In this document: positions 36,781-45,684 of the stretch, in pieces
How positions within the stretch are numbered: position 1 is the stretch's first letter
Layout: each line of letters starts with the position of its first letter
IMG/VR virus record: IMGVR_UViG_3300008262_000016
DNA: 64,000 nucleotides
From: a virus
Reading direction: 5' to 3' (one strand)
The notes under the pieces: model-generated
The model's database searches: none
Seen by the model: the letters and a program-made list of their open reading frames with translations, nothing else
What the model was told of the DNA's origin: nothing
Position numbers and translations under genes: made by a program

Positions 36781-37548
36781 TCAGGTATCTGGATATTGTG
36801 CGTCATCGGCAGCATCAGTTGTAGTTAGAATTCCACCAGCAACTAATACTTCACTCTTAACTCTTAGATTTCCGTGAGTATCAATATAAGTCATGATTCC
36901 AACCCAACCACTGTGAGCAACAGCGTATTTAGTAGTTGCGGCAACACCAACTTCAACACGATCTACACCGAATACATCTCTAAAATATCCATCAGTTTTT
37001 CTTCTGAAGGAAATTGTATCTCCAGTATTAATACCGACAGAAATAGTAGATGCTAAACTTACTGTGGTTTCTCCAATTGTTGAAATAACAATATTATTTC
37101 CATTATTTACAATTGCATCACCAACAATAACATCCTTAGTTCCAACAACAACAGGGATAATATTAGTTCCAACTCCAGCATTAGTTGTAGCAGTTCCAGT
37201 TACCCCAAGATTTTGGAACGTAGCAGCAGAATCATTTCTATTATTAAAGCTACTATCACCTAAAGTATAAATTGGTTGTTCGTTAACATTATATGCTACT
37301 GCAGGAATTGTAGTAATTCCAGAAATAAAGTTAGCAGTGCCTGCAATCGAAATCGTAGTTGAAGTAAATCCAGTGATAACTGCCTGACCGTAAGTTCCAC
37401 CAGTTCCAACAGTTATTACATCACCTGTCTTAATTCCTGCGGTTGTAAAGGTTACAACGCCAGTAGTACCGGTTACGGTATTGGTTCCAAGGTTGACGGC
37501 AATAGTCCCGTCTGAGTAAACCGAATCTTTATTGCCCCAAAGAGCCAT
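36781..37548 (-). CDS. probable virion structural protein (beta-rich)
   Basis: MALWG start, H.GWV...R.K.EVLVA end; TATAAATA at 37579. Confidence 0.7.
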   Translation of the reverse strand: MALWGNKDSVYSDGTIAVNLGTNTVTGTTGVVTFTTAGIKTGDVITVGTGGTYGQAVITGFTSTTISIAGTANFISGITTIPAVAYNVNEQPIYTLGDSSFNNRNDSAATFQNLGVTGTATTNAGVGTNIIPVVVGTKDVIVGDAIVNNGNNIVISTIGETTVSLASTISVGINTGDTISFRRKTDGYFRDVFGVDRVEVGVAATTKYAVAHSGWVGIMTYIDTHGNLRVKSEVLVAGGILTTTDAADDAQYPDT

Positions 37549-37600
37549 GTTTCCTTACCTATAAAATTCTTATATTGATATTTATAAAAAAAGGAGACCT

Positions 37601-37765
37601 TTACTTCTTGGTCTCCTTGCGTAAAACTATTTTTAAAAAGTGAGTAATAAGGTCGAGCAACCCATTCTCCTCAAATCTTTTTGTTTTTGCTAACCACTCG
37701 GAAGCAGTTAGTAGTAGACCTAAAGCAATGGTTACTCCCCAGTTAGTTAGAAAGCAGGTAATCAT
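37601..37765 (-). CDS. small membrane protein (holin-like), absent from the ORF track
   Basis: MITCFLTNWGVTIALGLLLTASEWL... Confidence 0.6.
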   Translation of the reverse strand: MITCFLTNWGVTIALGLLLTASEWLAKTKRFEENGLLDLITHFLKIVLRKETKK

Positions 37766-37941
37766 CCTTCAGCTTGTGGCTTGAAGAGAAGTTCCTTAAC
37801 AGTAAGAAGAACCATGTCATCAATACTGTTGTCGGTGGATTTTACATACTTTTCAAGGAGTTCAATAACAAGATTCTTAACTGCTGGATGTGAAGCAAGT
37901 TGAAGCACGATTGGTTTTACAACCGCTACGACTGCACCCAT
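37762..37941 (-). CDS. small hypothetical protein, absent from the ORF track
   Basis: MGAVVAVVKPIV...STDNSIDD; GGAGG RBS. Confidence 0.65.
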   Translation of the reverse strand: MGAVVAVVKPIVLQLASHPAVKNLVIELLEKYVKSTDNSIDDMVLLTVKELLFKPQAEG

Positions 37942-37979
37942 GGTGTCCTCCGTGTGAGAGTATCCTGGGATATTTAGTA

Positions 37980-39416
37980 TCAGACTCCTTTAAGATTGGA
38001 TTTTGCTTTCAATTCTTTCATCATTGCATCATACTTTTTTTGAGCCTCAGGAGAAAGTTCAAGGTTCTCAGTTTTTTTTGGTTCCCCCCTTTCACCCCTA
38101 CCATATCTACTATCATAACCCTCAGAGTTCATTTTAGCACTTGAAGAAGTCATAATCTTCATGACTTCTTTTCCATCAGTTGGAGCATCGAGCATAATAG
38201 GATTCTTAATTCCCATTGCTCTAAACTTATTCTTAAGAAGTTCTCTGTAAGTTCTCTTCTCTTTACAATCACATGGATTTTCTCCACAACATTCACACGC
38301 TTTACTATTCTCTTCTTTTACATTTTCAGGAAGACCCTTATGCTTGGTTTTAGCATACTTCTTTGCTTCCTTTTTAGTCATACCCTTTGCTGCAGCCTCA
38401 ACCTCAGGCGATGCCTCACCTTTCTTCATCTCACCCTTTTTGCGTGCATAAACCATACCCATAAAGCGTTGCTGTGCTTTGCTCTTTGCCTTTTCAATAA
38501 GGAATGGTCCTTCCATCTCATTACCGGCACTAATAACTCCACCATTATTTTGTGGATTGGAACCATCATCTGGGAAGACTGTAATTCTCTTGGAATTATC
38601 AACCTTAACACCTACATCAATAGCGGCAGGAACTCTATTCTTACCATCGGTTGAAGTGGTTCCCTCAAACCAAAGATAATCTTCTTTGTTCATTGCTCTG
38701 CGGATTGCGTCACGACGATTATAGATGTAAGAATCCGTATTATCTTTCTTCCCATCATCATTTACATCACCATCTCTCTTGGAAGGATGTACTGGTTTGT
38801 CTAAACCACTCTTGTTATTTGGAATATCTTTTTTCTTTTTCTTACGCTCACCTTCATATGGTTCACCATACTCAGTCATCTCAACTTTAAGACCCCTACC
38901 TCTCAAAGCAGTGATCTTTTCACGAGTAGCATATCTAACATAAGATTTACCGCTCTTAGGATCAGTAACTCTTATCTTATACTTTCTATCAGTTTCTTCA
39001 GCAAGTTGATTCTCATACTCAAGATTAATAACTTCCTCTTTCTGCACTCCCTCAACAAATACTCTGTACAGAGCACCAGCAACTGAGTCTACTGCCCAGT
39101 CTACACTATCCACAAAATGTGACTCAGTAACACCAACCTTCTTTCCAAATAGTTTATCCTTAACTGCTTTCCTCTCAGCAGGGTTCAATGAACTATTAGA
39201 CATGTACTGAGAGAAGGCTTGTTTAAGATCGATGTCCTCTCTTCTGGCACGATAACGGATGTCATATACTGCCTGACGAATTCTTTTCTCAGAGTTTTCG
39301 GCAGTTGATCCGCCACCTTCTTTCTTCGCAGAAGGAGCAGCTTTCTTAGCACCATTAGCAGGAGCAGCAGGAGCGTGCTTTCTTGCTGGAAGTTCTTCAG
39401 AGATATTGGTTTTCAT
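37980..39416 (-). CDS. probable internal head protein
   Basis: Charged modular ORF; EF-hand-like DGDVNDDGKKD; KAQQRFMGMV..KTKHKGLP. Confidence 0.6.
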   Translation of the reverse strand: MKTNISEELPARKHAPAAPANGAKKAAPSAKKEGGGSTAENSEKRIRQAVYDIRYRARREDIDLKQAFSQYMSNSSLNPAERKAVKDKLFGKKVGVTESHFVDSVDWAVDSVAGALYRVFVEGVQKEEVINLEYENQLAEETDRKYKIRVTDPKSGKSYVRYATREKITALRGRGLKVEMTEYGEPYEGERKKKKKDIPNNKSGLDKPVHPSKRDGDVNDDGKKDNTDSYIYNRRDAIRRAMNKEDYLWFEGTTSTDGKNRVPAAIDVGVKVDNSKRITVFPDDGSNPQNNGGVISAGNEMEGPFLIEKAKSKAQQRFMGMVYARKKGEMKKGEASPEVEAAAKGMTKKEAKKYAKTKHKGLPENVKEENSKACECCGENPCDCKEKRTYRELLKNKFRAMGIKNPIMLDAPTDGKEVMKIMTSSSAKMNSEGYDSRYGRGERGEPKKTENLELSPEAQKKYDAMMKELKAKSNLKGV

Positions 39417-39433
39417 TGGAAGATGTTACAGAC

Positions 39434-40678
39434 TTACTTTTTCCTATATTTATTTATGAATTGTAGACCCCAACTAGAACCGGGGACCATTGATTCAACA
39501 TATCTGCGATGGGAATCAGTTCCAACTAGACGTTGATCGGCAGGAACTCCACCTTGTTCAGTTCCATTTACAACCGCCTCATTCACATCTTTGATCCAGG
39601 ACTTGAACATAATATTGTCTTCGGTAACACAAATAAGATAGTTAGTTCCACGACGAATAATACGTCCAACAAGTCCAGTGTTTAGATTTTCTACAAGTTC
39701 ACCAATCTTGAAAATCGTCTTAGCAACATAGTTCTCACGTAAAGTCTGATAATCAAACTTTGGAGCCATCTCCCAGATTCCCCACTCTTCATTAATACCC
39801 ATAGAGCGGCGAACTGTATTGAAAATTTCTTTTGCCTTTTCTGGTTTCATATCTCCAGGCATACCAGAGCGAAATGTCTTAAAGTCATTTTCTGCGGCAG
39901 CAAGTCTCATTCTTGAGGCAGAAAGACCTTCCACACCTTCGGAGTCTGGATCTCTATCTCCAGCGGAAACAACTTCTAGTTTATCGAACTGATATAGTTT
40001 ACCATTATAACTTCCAGAAAGTTTTTCAAATTCTTTAACTCTATCAGCACCACCAACTATTCTTACATTAGCATAACCGTCGTTATGTGCTTTCTTAAGA
40101 ACATCGAAGATGGTTTTAGTTGCCGCATCGTTAGCAATATTCTTTTTATGTTGTGGGAACATATCCATCATCACTTTTACTTTAGTATCAGCATCAAGTG
40201 GATTCTTCTTTGGATCTTGACTGCGTGATGGAACAATAAGATAGTCCCCACCATCACTCTTAGCAGAACCAGCAGCAGTATCCATTAACTGCAAGTGACC
40301 AAGATGAGGTGGATTGAAACGACCAAAAGCAATGGTCAAAGTTCCTTTTGTTTTTTTAACAGGTTCAAACTTTGGACCATCATCCTTCTGCTCCCCACCC
40401 TTTTCTGCTTTTGGTTGGGGAGCTTCCTTCTGCTGCTGTAGTGCAGGATCTACAAAGTTTGGATTGGAATATTTCTTTTCAGTTTCAGTCTGTTCTGGAT
40501 CTTTTCCGCCAACTTTTTGGCGCTTATTATAAAAGACTAGTTTTCCTTTTTCAGTCTTTGCTACAAACTCACCACTGTTGCGATCATACCAACCACCGTG
40601 ACCATCACCCTTAAGACCCATTCTTGCTGCTTGTTGTGCAGCAGATTCGGATAAGAACTGGAAGAAATTTTTCATCAC
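39434..40678 (-). CDS. cytidyltransferase-like (HxGH) nucleotidyltransferase
   Basis: FGRFNPPHLGH, KNPL, GADR, SAGDRDPD, SASRMR. Confidence 0.88.
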   Translation of the reverse strand: MMKNFFQFLSESAAQQAARMGLKGDGHGGWYDRNSGEFVAKTEKGKLVFYNKRQKVGGKDPEQTETEKKYSNPNFVDPALQQQKEAPQPKAEKGGEQKDDGPKFEPVKKTKGTLTIAFGRFNPPHLGHLQLMDTAAGSAKSDGGDYLIVPSRSQDPKKNPLDADTKVKVMMDMFPQHKKNIANDAATKTIFDVLKKAHNDGYANVRIVGGADRVKEFEKLSGSYNGKLYQFDKLEVVSAGDRDPDSEGVEGLSASRMRLAAAENDFKTFRSGMPGDMKPEKAKEIFNTVRRSMGINEEWGIWEMAPKFDYQTLRENYVAKTIFKIGELVENLNTGLVGRIIRRGTNYLICVTEDNIMFKSWIKDVNEAVVNGTEQGGVPADQRLVGTDSHRRYVESMVPGSSWGLQFINKYRKK

Positions 40679-40887
40679 TTTTTATTTTGCAACTCCTTGG
40701 TTACCGCCACTTCGTTAGTAACGATATACCTTAAAATTTGTTTTCGTATCAATATATATTTATTCTTTTGTTTATTATTGGTAGCAGAGTCAATTTCACG
40801 CTGAAGTGTTGTATACACATATCCAGCAAAATTCTTAAAGTCTTTACTTCTAAAGTCGCTAATCAATTGTTTTAGATACTCAGACAT
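40675..40887 (-). CDS. small hypothetical protein
   Basis: MSEYLKQLISDF..., overlapping both neighbours. Confidence 0.6.
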   Translation of the reverse strand: MSEYLKQLISDFRSKDFKNFAGYVYTTLQREIDSATNNKQKNKYILIRKQILRYIVTNEVAVTKELQNKK

Positions 40888-41809
40888 ACTGCTTGATAGA
40901 CCTACCACCCTTTGCGCTGATGACCATTCTAGCACCTTTAACACCATAGTTGTCTCTATCTCCCTTATAAATCGCCATAAAAACTGGTTCATAATTTCCA
41001 GTGATAGCATCACCATTATTATGAGTTTGTGATGAAGCAATCAACTTATACTTTCCAGTGGTTACCATTTGTATATTTACAGTTCCCTGAAGGAGAAGGT
41101 CAACATTCTGTATACTCGAAGGACCGCCATATCCATTACCATATACAGACATCATTTTCAATCTTGTATCTTTAATCTGTCTAGCAACAGTTGTGGCTGG
41201 TGGAATACCATTAGGATACATTTCTCGTATTGTCGCAACAAATGCCTGAGTTTCTGGGTGAGAAGCAAGAACTGGTTCACCTCTTACAGTAATACCTCCC
41301 CACTGCTGAATAGCAGTTGCCGATAATCCATCCTTATGTGATACAAAACCAACCATTCTACCCTGGTCATCTCTAAAATGAAAGTCTGACTTCGGTGTTC
41401 CTGGTGTGCTTTCTACAGCAACAACTCTATAATAGTTTTTGCCTATCTTTAAAGTAACAATATCACTACCATTTTTCTGCTTTATTTCCTCAAGTTTTCT
41501 TCTGATAAGTCTAACCTGCTCATCCTCTGCAGCAGTAGTATTTTGAGTTCTTCCAGAAAAAGTAGAGTCTTTATATAACTGGGTTAGTCTAATTAAACTG
41601 TTCGTTACTGTTGGTAAGACAATACTTTGACCCTGCTGATATTGTGCTAGATCATCTACACTGTTTAAAGTCTTAGCAACTCTTGGATCTATCTTTACTT
41701 TTAAACCATTTCCCTCAACAAGAGTAAAATCACCTCTACTAGCAATTCTAGTCTTAAAAAGAGAAAAGTTGTTTCTTTTTTTTAGTTCTGCAGGTGATAA
41801 TGAAGCCAT
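40880..41809 (-). CDS. putative PD-(D/E)xK-type nuclease
   Basis: E...GTPKSD...VSHK...QQWGG pattern. Confidence 0.5.
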   Translation of the reverse strand: MASLSPAELKKRNNFSLFKTRIASRGDFTLVEGNGLKVKIDPRVAKTLNSVDDLAQYQQGQSIVLPTVTNSLIRLTQLYKDSTFSGRTQNTTAAEDEQVRLIRRKLEEIKQKNGSDIVTLKIGKNYYRVVAVESTPGTPKSDFHFRDDQGRMVGFVSHKDGLSATAIQQWGGITVRGEPVLASHPETQAFVATIREMYPNGIPPATTVARQIKDTRLKMMSVYGNGYGGPSSIQNVDLLLQGTVNIQMVTTGKYKLIASSQTHNNGDAITGNYEPVFMAIYKGDRDNYGVKGARMVISAKGGRSIKQYV

Positions 41810-41829
41810 TACCTTTTTGAACTATTTAG

Positions 41830-41911
41830 TGCTCGTGAGAGGACTTGAACCTCCACAGATTACTCTACTGGAACCTAAACCCAGCGCGTCTACCAATTCC
41901 GCCACACGAGC
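41830..41911 (-). tRNA. tRNA-Leu(UAG)
   Basis: GGCGGAATTGGTAGACGC, CTGGG-TT TAG GT-TCCAG, long variable arm. Confidence 0.95.
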
Positions 41912-41913
41912 AA

Positions 41914-41987
41914 TGGAGAATAGCGGACTCGAACCGCTGACATCCTGCTTGCAAAGCAGGCGCTCTACCAGACTGAGCTAATTCCCC
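41914..41987 (-). tRNA. tRNA-Ala(UGC)
   Basis: GGGGAATTAGCTCAG..CCTGC-TT TGC AA-GCAGG; G3-U70 pair. Confidence 0.96.
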
Positions 41988-42015
41988 AAGGGACCCTTTC
42001 GGGTCGTTTGCTGGT

Positions 42016-42186
42016 TTATTCTACCACAGCACCAATAGCATCGTCAAGGTCAGCAATGACCTCACGAATCTCAAAGACACGCTCTGGGCAAGAAGCATCA
42101 GTAGAGTATCCTTTTTGAGAATCAAAGAGAACTTGACGGACTGCTGCTGCAGCACGAACATTCATTTCAACTTTTACATTTTTCAT
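42016..42186 (-). CDS. small hypothetical protein, absent from the ORF track
   Basis: MKNVKVEMNVRAAAAVRQVLF...; ATGA overlap with mazG. Confidence 0.65.
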   Translation of the reverse strand: MKNVKVEMNVRAAAAVRQVLFDSQKGYSTDASCPERVFEIREVIADLDDAIGAVVE

Positions 42187-42599
42187 CGGTCGTCAGAAGC
42201 ACGGTTTTCGGAGAAGTAAACATCAAAAGCACCTTCAGGATAACGCTTAAGAAGTTTCTGCACATTACGAGCAACAACATCATCAAGAGAAACACCTAGA
42301 GCCATACATGCCTGAGCAACATACCACATGATATCGCCCAACTCAATAATCAGGTGCTCACGGTTGTCCTCATTATAAGGTTTACCTTGAAATACCATTT
42401 TCTTGACGATTTCCATAAACTCACCGCCTTCGGCATTGATACCAACGGCAGCAGTCAGGAGACGCTCAATGTTTGCACCCTTCTCATCAAGTGCAACTAG
42501 GCGGTCAGAGAGAGCAAGAAAGTCCTTAGATGCATCAGAAGTTACAGCATCTACAAACTCAGCATACTTATCAAAATCAACGTGTTTTGCAGTTTCCAT
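42183..42599 (-). CDS. mazG: MazG-like NTP pyrophosphohydrolase
   Basis: AEGGEF.E..KK, ELGDIMWY, N..KL.KRYP. Confidence 0.92.
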   Translation of the reverse strand: METAKHVDFDKYAEFVDAVTSDASKDFLALSDRLVALDEKGANIERLLTAAVGINAEGGEFMEIVKKMVFQGKPYNEDNREHLIIELGDIMWYVAQACMALGVSLDDVVARNVQKLLKRYPEGAFDVYFSENRASDDR

Positions 42600-43978
42600 T
42601 AAAATTTAAATCCCTCAAACGACTTTTTAGGTTTCTTGTCTTCGTAATCATTATACTCGTCATCCTGCCCAGAGTCAAGTATGTCCTTTTGGGCGGACTG
42701 TTCACAATCATACAGTCTCATCTTCGCTCTGTCAATACCCACAATGAAACGCTTGTAGATAGTTGGATCATTATAGCGATTCTTCAACTGCTTCACCATG
42801 AGTTGTCCAAGACCTTCCAACTCTTCGGTGGAAATAAGAGCAAACATAAGGTCAGCAGTAGCAGGAAGACCGAATGATTCAGAAGTATCAGTGAGTTCAA
42901 CGTCACTACTACCGTAACCAGAGCGAGTAGTCTGGGTAGCTGATACGATTGGTACATTTGCTTCGACTGCAAGACCTCTAAGTTCTTCTGCAATTGCCTT
43001 AATATATGAATATGAATTTACAGAAAGGTTTGACTTATAGCGGGAGGAAGCACATATATTAAGGTAATCAATGAAAATAATATCAGGTCTAAATGACTTC
43101 TTAAGTGCGAGTTCATTAAGGAGTGCTTTAAAGTGCCCACTATGTGCCGATGCAGTAGGATATTCCTTAATTATAAGAGTCCCCTGAGTCTTCTTAGAAA
43201 GATTGGTAACCTTATTTTCAAATGTAGTTCTGGGAAGATCTGTTAGATCTTGGATATTGACATTGAGAAGGTTTGCATCAATACGTTCAGCAATTTTCTC
43301 TTCTGCCATCTCCATTGTAACGTAAAGCACATTGTGTCCGTTAAGCAGACAGGCGCTAGCCATATGACACATGAATAGAGACTTACCAACACCTGTCCCA
43401 GCAAGAGCGATGTTAAGAGTCTTGTTAGGAAGACCACCTTTCGTAATCTTGTTAAAGTATTCAAGATCAAACGGTATACGATCCTCCTTACGGTGATAAG
43501 AGTCATATCTTTCCTGAAAGTCTTGTAAGTAATCATGTCCAATGTGATTATCAAATGATACCGCTAAGGCATCAGAAAGAATTGCTGGGATAGCATCACG
43601 ATTCTTTTTCTCATTATTACCATCAGCGATGGTAATAGATTCCATAAGTGCTAAGTAAATGGCGCGATCACGGCACCACTTCTCTGTAGTATCTAACAAC
43701 CATTGTTGATCCACAGCAGTATCATGAAGAGATCCGCTAATTTCCCTAACTTCCTTAATTTCACTTTCAGTCAGATCAGTTCTACTCTCAAGTTCAATCT
43801 TGAGTGCTTCTGTTGTAATAGCGGAACCATACTTCACAATGAAGTGAACTATCTCCTGAAAGATTACCTTTTCAGTACGCTGATCGAAGTAGTCTGGTTG
43901 AATGAAAGGAATTACTTTCCTAGAGTATTCTTCATTATAAACAAGGTTCCTAAGAATAGTGGTTTCAATCCTTTCCAT
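42599..43978 (-). CDS. gp41: replicative DNA helicase
   Basis: AGTGVGKS, IKEYPT, IDYLNI, SATQTTR, KQLKNRY. Confidence 0.96.
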   Translation of the reverse strand: MERIETTILRNLVYNEEYSRKVIPFIQPDYFDQRTEKVIFQEIVHFIVKYGSAITTEALKIELESRTDLTESEIKEVREISGSLHDTAVDQQWLLDTTEKWCRDRAIYLALMESITIADGNNEKKNRDAIPAILSDALAVSFDNHIGHDYLQDFQERYDSYHRKEDRIPFDLEYFNKITKGGLPNKTLNIALAGTGVGKSLFMCHMASACLLNGHNVLYVTMEMAEEKIAERIDANLLNVNIQDLTDLPRTTFENKVTNLSKKTQGTLIIKEYPTASAHSGHFKALLNELALKKSFRPDIIFIDYLNICASSRYKSNLSVNSYSYIKAIAEELRGLAVEANVPIVSATQTTRSGYGSSDVELTDTSESFGLPATADLMFALISTEELEGLGQLMVKQLKNRYNDPTIYKRFIVGIDRAKMRLYDCEQSAQKDILDSGQDDEYNDYEDKKPKKSFEGFKF

Positions 43979-44526
43979 TATAAGTAATGCAAGTATGTAC
44001 TTAACAAATATTTTGACCCACTAATAGGTGTCTTTCCCTGATGGGGAAACATCCATAGTGGGGGAAATACAACTAGAGAACCTTTGCAAGGTTTTATCTC
44101 GCAATGCTCAAAGACTGTATCCCCACCGATTTCAACGGTATTTAAATACCAGAAAAATGATAAAAATCTTCTGGCGCTAGAGTGATTGACGACATCGACG
44201 TGTGTATCAAATCTATCATCACCATTAGGATTATACCTCTTTATCCTAAATTCTTCAAACGAATGTTTTTCTGGTAAAGGATAGTTGGAAAAGTATGTGT
44301 AATACTTATTTTTATATTCTAAGGTAGTCCTAATAAGTAGATTATGAACAACCTCACAGATTTCTCTGTTTTGAGTAAGATTTAATTGTGTAAAATTTGG
44401 ATATCCATCATTACTTACCCGTTCATGTTTATCCTGGTTTTCTTCAAAGTATGAGACCAATTGATCGCATACTTCATTGGAAAGGACCTTTGGATAAACA
44501 TGAACAAAGTCTGATAAACTACCCAT
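43978..44526 (-). CDS. 2OG-Fe(II) oxygenase
   Basis: HVD...YLN...GG.T.F...FP...H.G...KY. Confidence 0.88.
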   Translation of the reverse strand: MGSLSDFVHVYPKVLSNEVCDQLVSYFEENQDKHERVSNDGYPNFTQLNLTQNREICEVVHNLLIRTTLEYKNKYYTYFSNYPLPEKHSFEEFRIKRYNPNGDDRFDTHVDVVNHSSARRFLSFFWYLNTVEIGGDTVFEHCEIKPCKGSLVVFPPLWMFPHQGKTPISGSKYLLSTYLHYL

Positions 44527-45523
44527 AAGAGAATTGTTCCTTCGCTATAGCATCAAGTTGCTGCATTACTTCTGGGGTGAAATACTGCTCTGGGTCTTTG
44601 AGGATTGCTTTAGCGTAGACTTTTTTTCCATCAATTTCATACCGACCTGCGACATTCTTCCAGAGACCGCCCAGTTCACCGAGTTCAAGAAGACCGTAAT
44701 AACGATCAAGACCACGCTCATCGTAATAGAGACGCACTTCCACATTTTGGTTCTCCTTGCTTAAACGTGACTTAGCAGTCTTAGCCTTGATAATGTTTCC
44801 AACGATTTCTGTTCCGTCTTTCTCCTTCTTCTTACTGAGATGAATGATAGTAGAAGCGGCATACTTAAGACCGCTACCACCACCCATTTCTTTTGTAGGA
44901 ACGTAAGCGCCAATAACATCGTAGGTGTGGTTGGTTACAATCATTGGAATGTTTGCCTGACCCAACTTGAGTGTGAGCATACGGAAAGCACCTTTGATAA
45001 GTTGGGATTTGGTCATGTCCCGAACTTGTTTATCGTTCAGTGCGTCAGTGATCTCTTTCTCTGTGGAAAGCATACCCAGAGAGTCTAACACAAACATGCA
45101 GGGTTTGCGTTCTTCTAAAGGTTTTTTTAAGTAAATGTCCACTGCCTTGAGTGCCTTGCTACGGAACTCCTCAACAGTCACAACATTAACTACAACTAAC
45201 CGATTGAGGTCAATACCCCTAGATTCGAGAAGGGATTTGTTAACAGCAGCTTCAGTGTCGAAATAGAGGCAATAACCATCAGGGTTGGTATCAAGAAAAT
45301 TCTTAACCACAGCGAGAGAGAAGAAAGTCTTTCCAGTAGAAGACTCTCCAGCAATAGCAGTAATCTTATTCCCAGATACACCACCAAAAATACTACCTGA
45401 GACCAGTGCGTTAAAAATGAACGAACCTGTGTCAACGTAAGTTTCTGTTTCGTCGATGTCTGCAGCAAGTTTGGTATAGTCATCCCCAATCTCTTTTACA
45501 ATATCTTTTAAAAAATCCATCAC
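44519..45523 (-). CDS. uvsX: RecA-like recombinase
   Basis: AGESSTGKT, FDTE, LDSLG, NHTY, MGGGSG. Confidence 0.95.
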   Translation of the reverse strand: MMDFLKDIVKEIGDDYTKLAADIDETETYVDTGSFIFNALVSGSIFGGVSGNKITAIAGESSTGKTFFSLAVVKNFLDTNPDGYCLYFDTEAAVNKSLLESRGIDLNRLVVVNVVTVEEFRSKALKAVDIYLKKPLEERKPCMFVLDSLGMLSTEKEITDALNDKQVRDMTKSQLIKGAFRMLTLKLGQANIPMIVTNHTYDVIGAYVPTKEMGGGSGLKYAASTIIHLSKKKEKDGTEIVGNIIKAKTAKSRLSKENQNVEVRLYYDERGLDRYYGLLELGELGGLWKNVAGRYEIDGKKVYAKAILKDPEQYFTPEVMQQLDAIAKEQFSYG

Positions 45524-45684
45524 GCTACCATCCCGTATTGTTCACGAAGTATTTTTTTATAAGGCAGGTCTTGCTCACGCAATTCCTTTACCAGTTTGAG
45601 TTTTTGATACAATGCAGTATCACCACCAAGAGCCATTGCTTTTACAATAGTAGCAAGCTCATTGTCGTTAATAGGAAGATCCAT
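45520..45684 (-). CDS. small hypothetical protein
   Basis: MDLPINDNEL...; coupled between gp43 and uvsX. Confidence 0.6.
   Translation of the reverse strand: MDLPINDNELATIVKAMALGGDTALYQKLKLVKELREQDLPYKKILREQYGMVA

Noticed and set aside
43978-44526. 2OG-Fe(II) oxygenase as a DNA hypermodification system
   Set aside because: Such oxygenases are common in cyanophages and no base-modification partner is adjacent.
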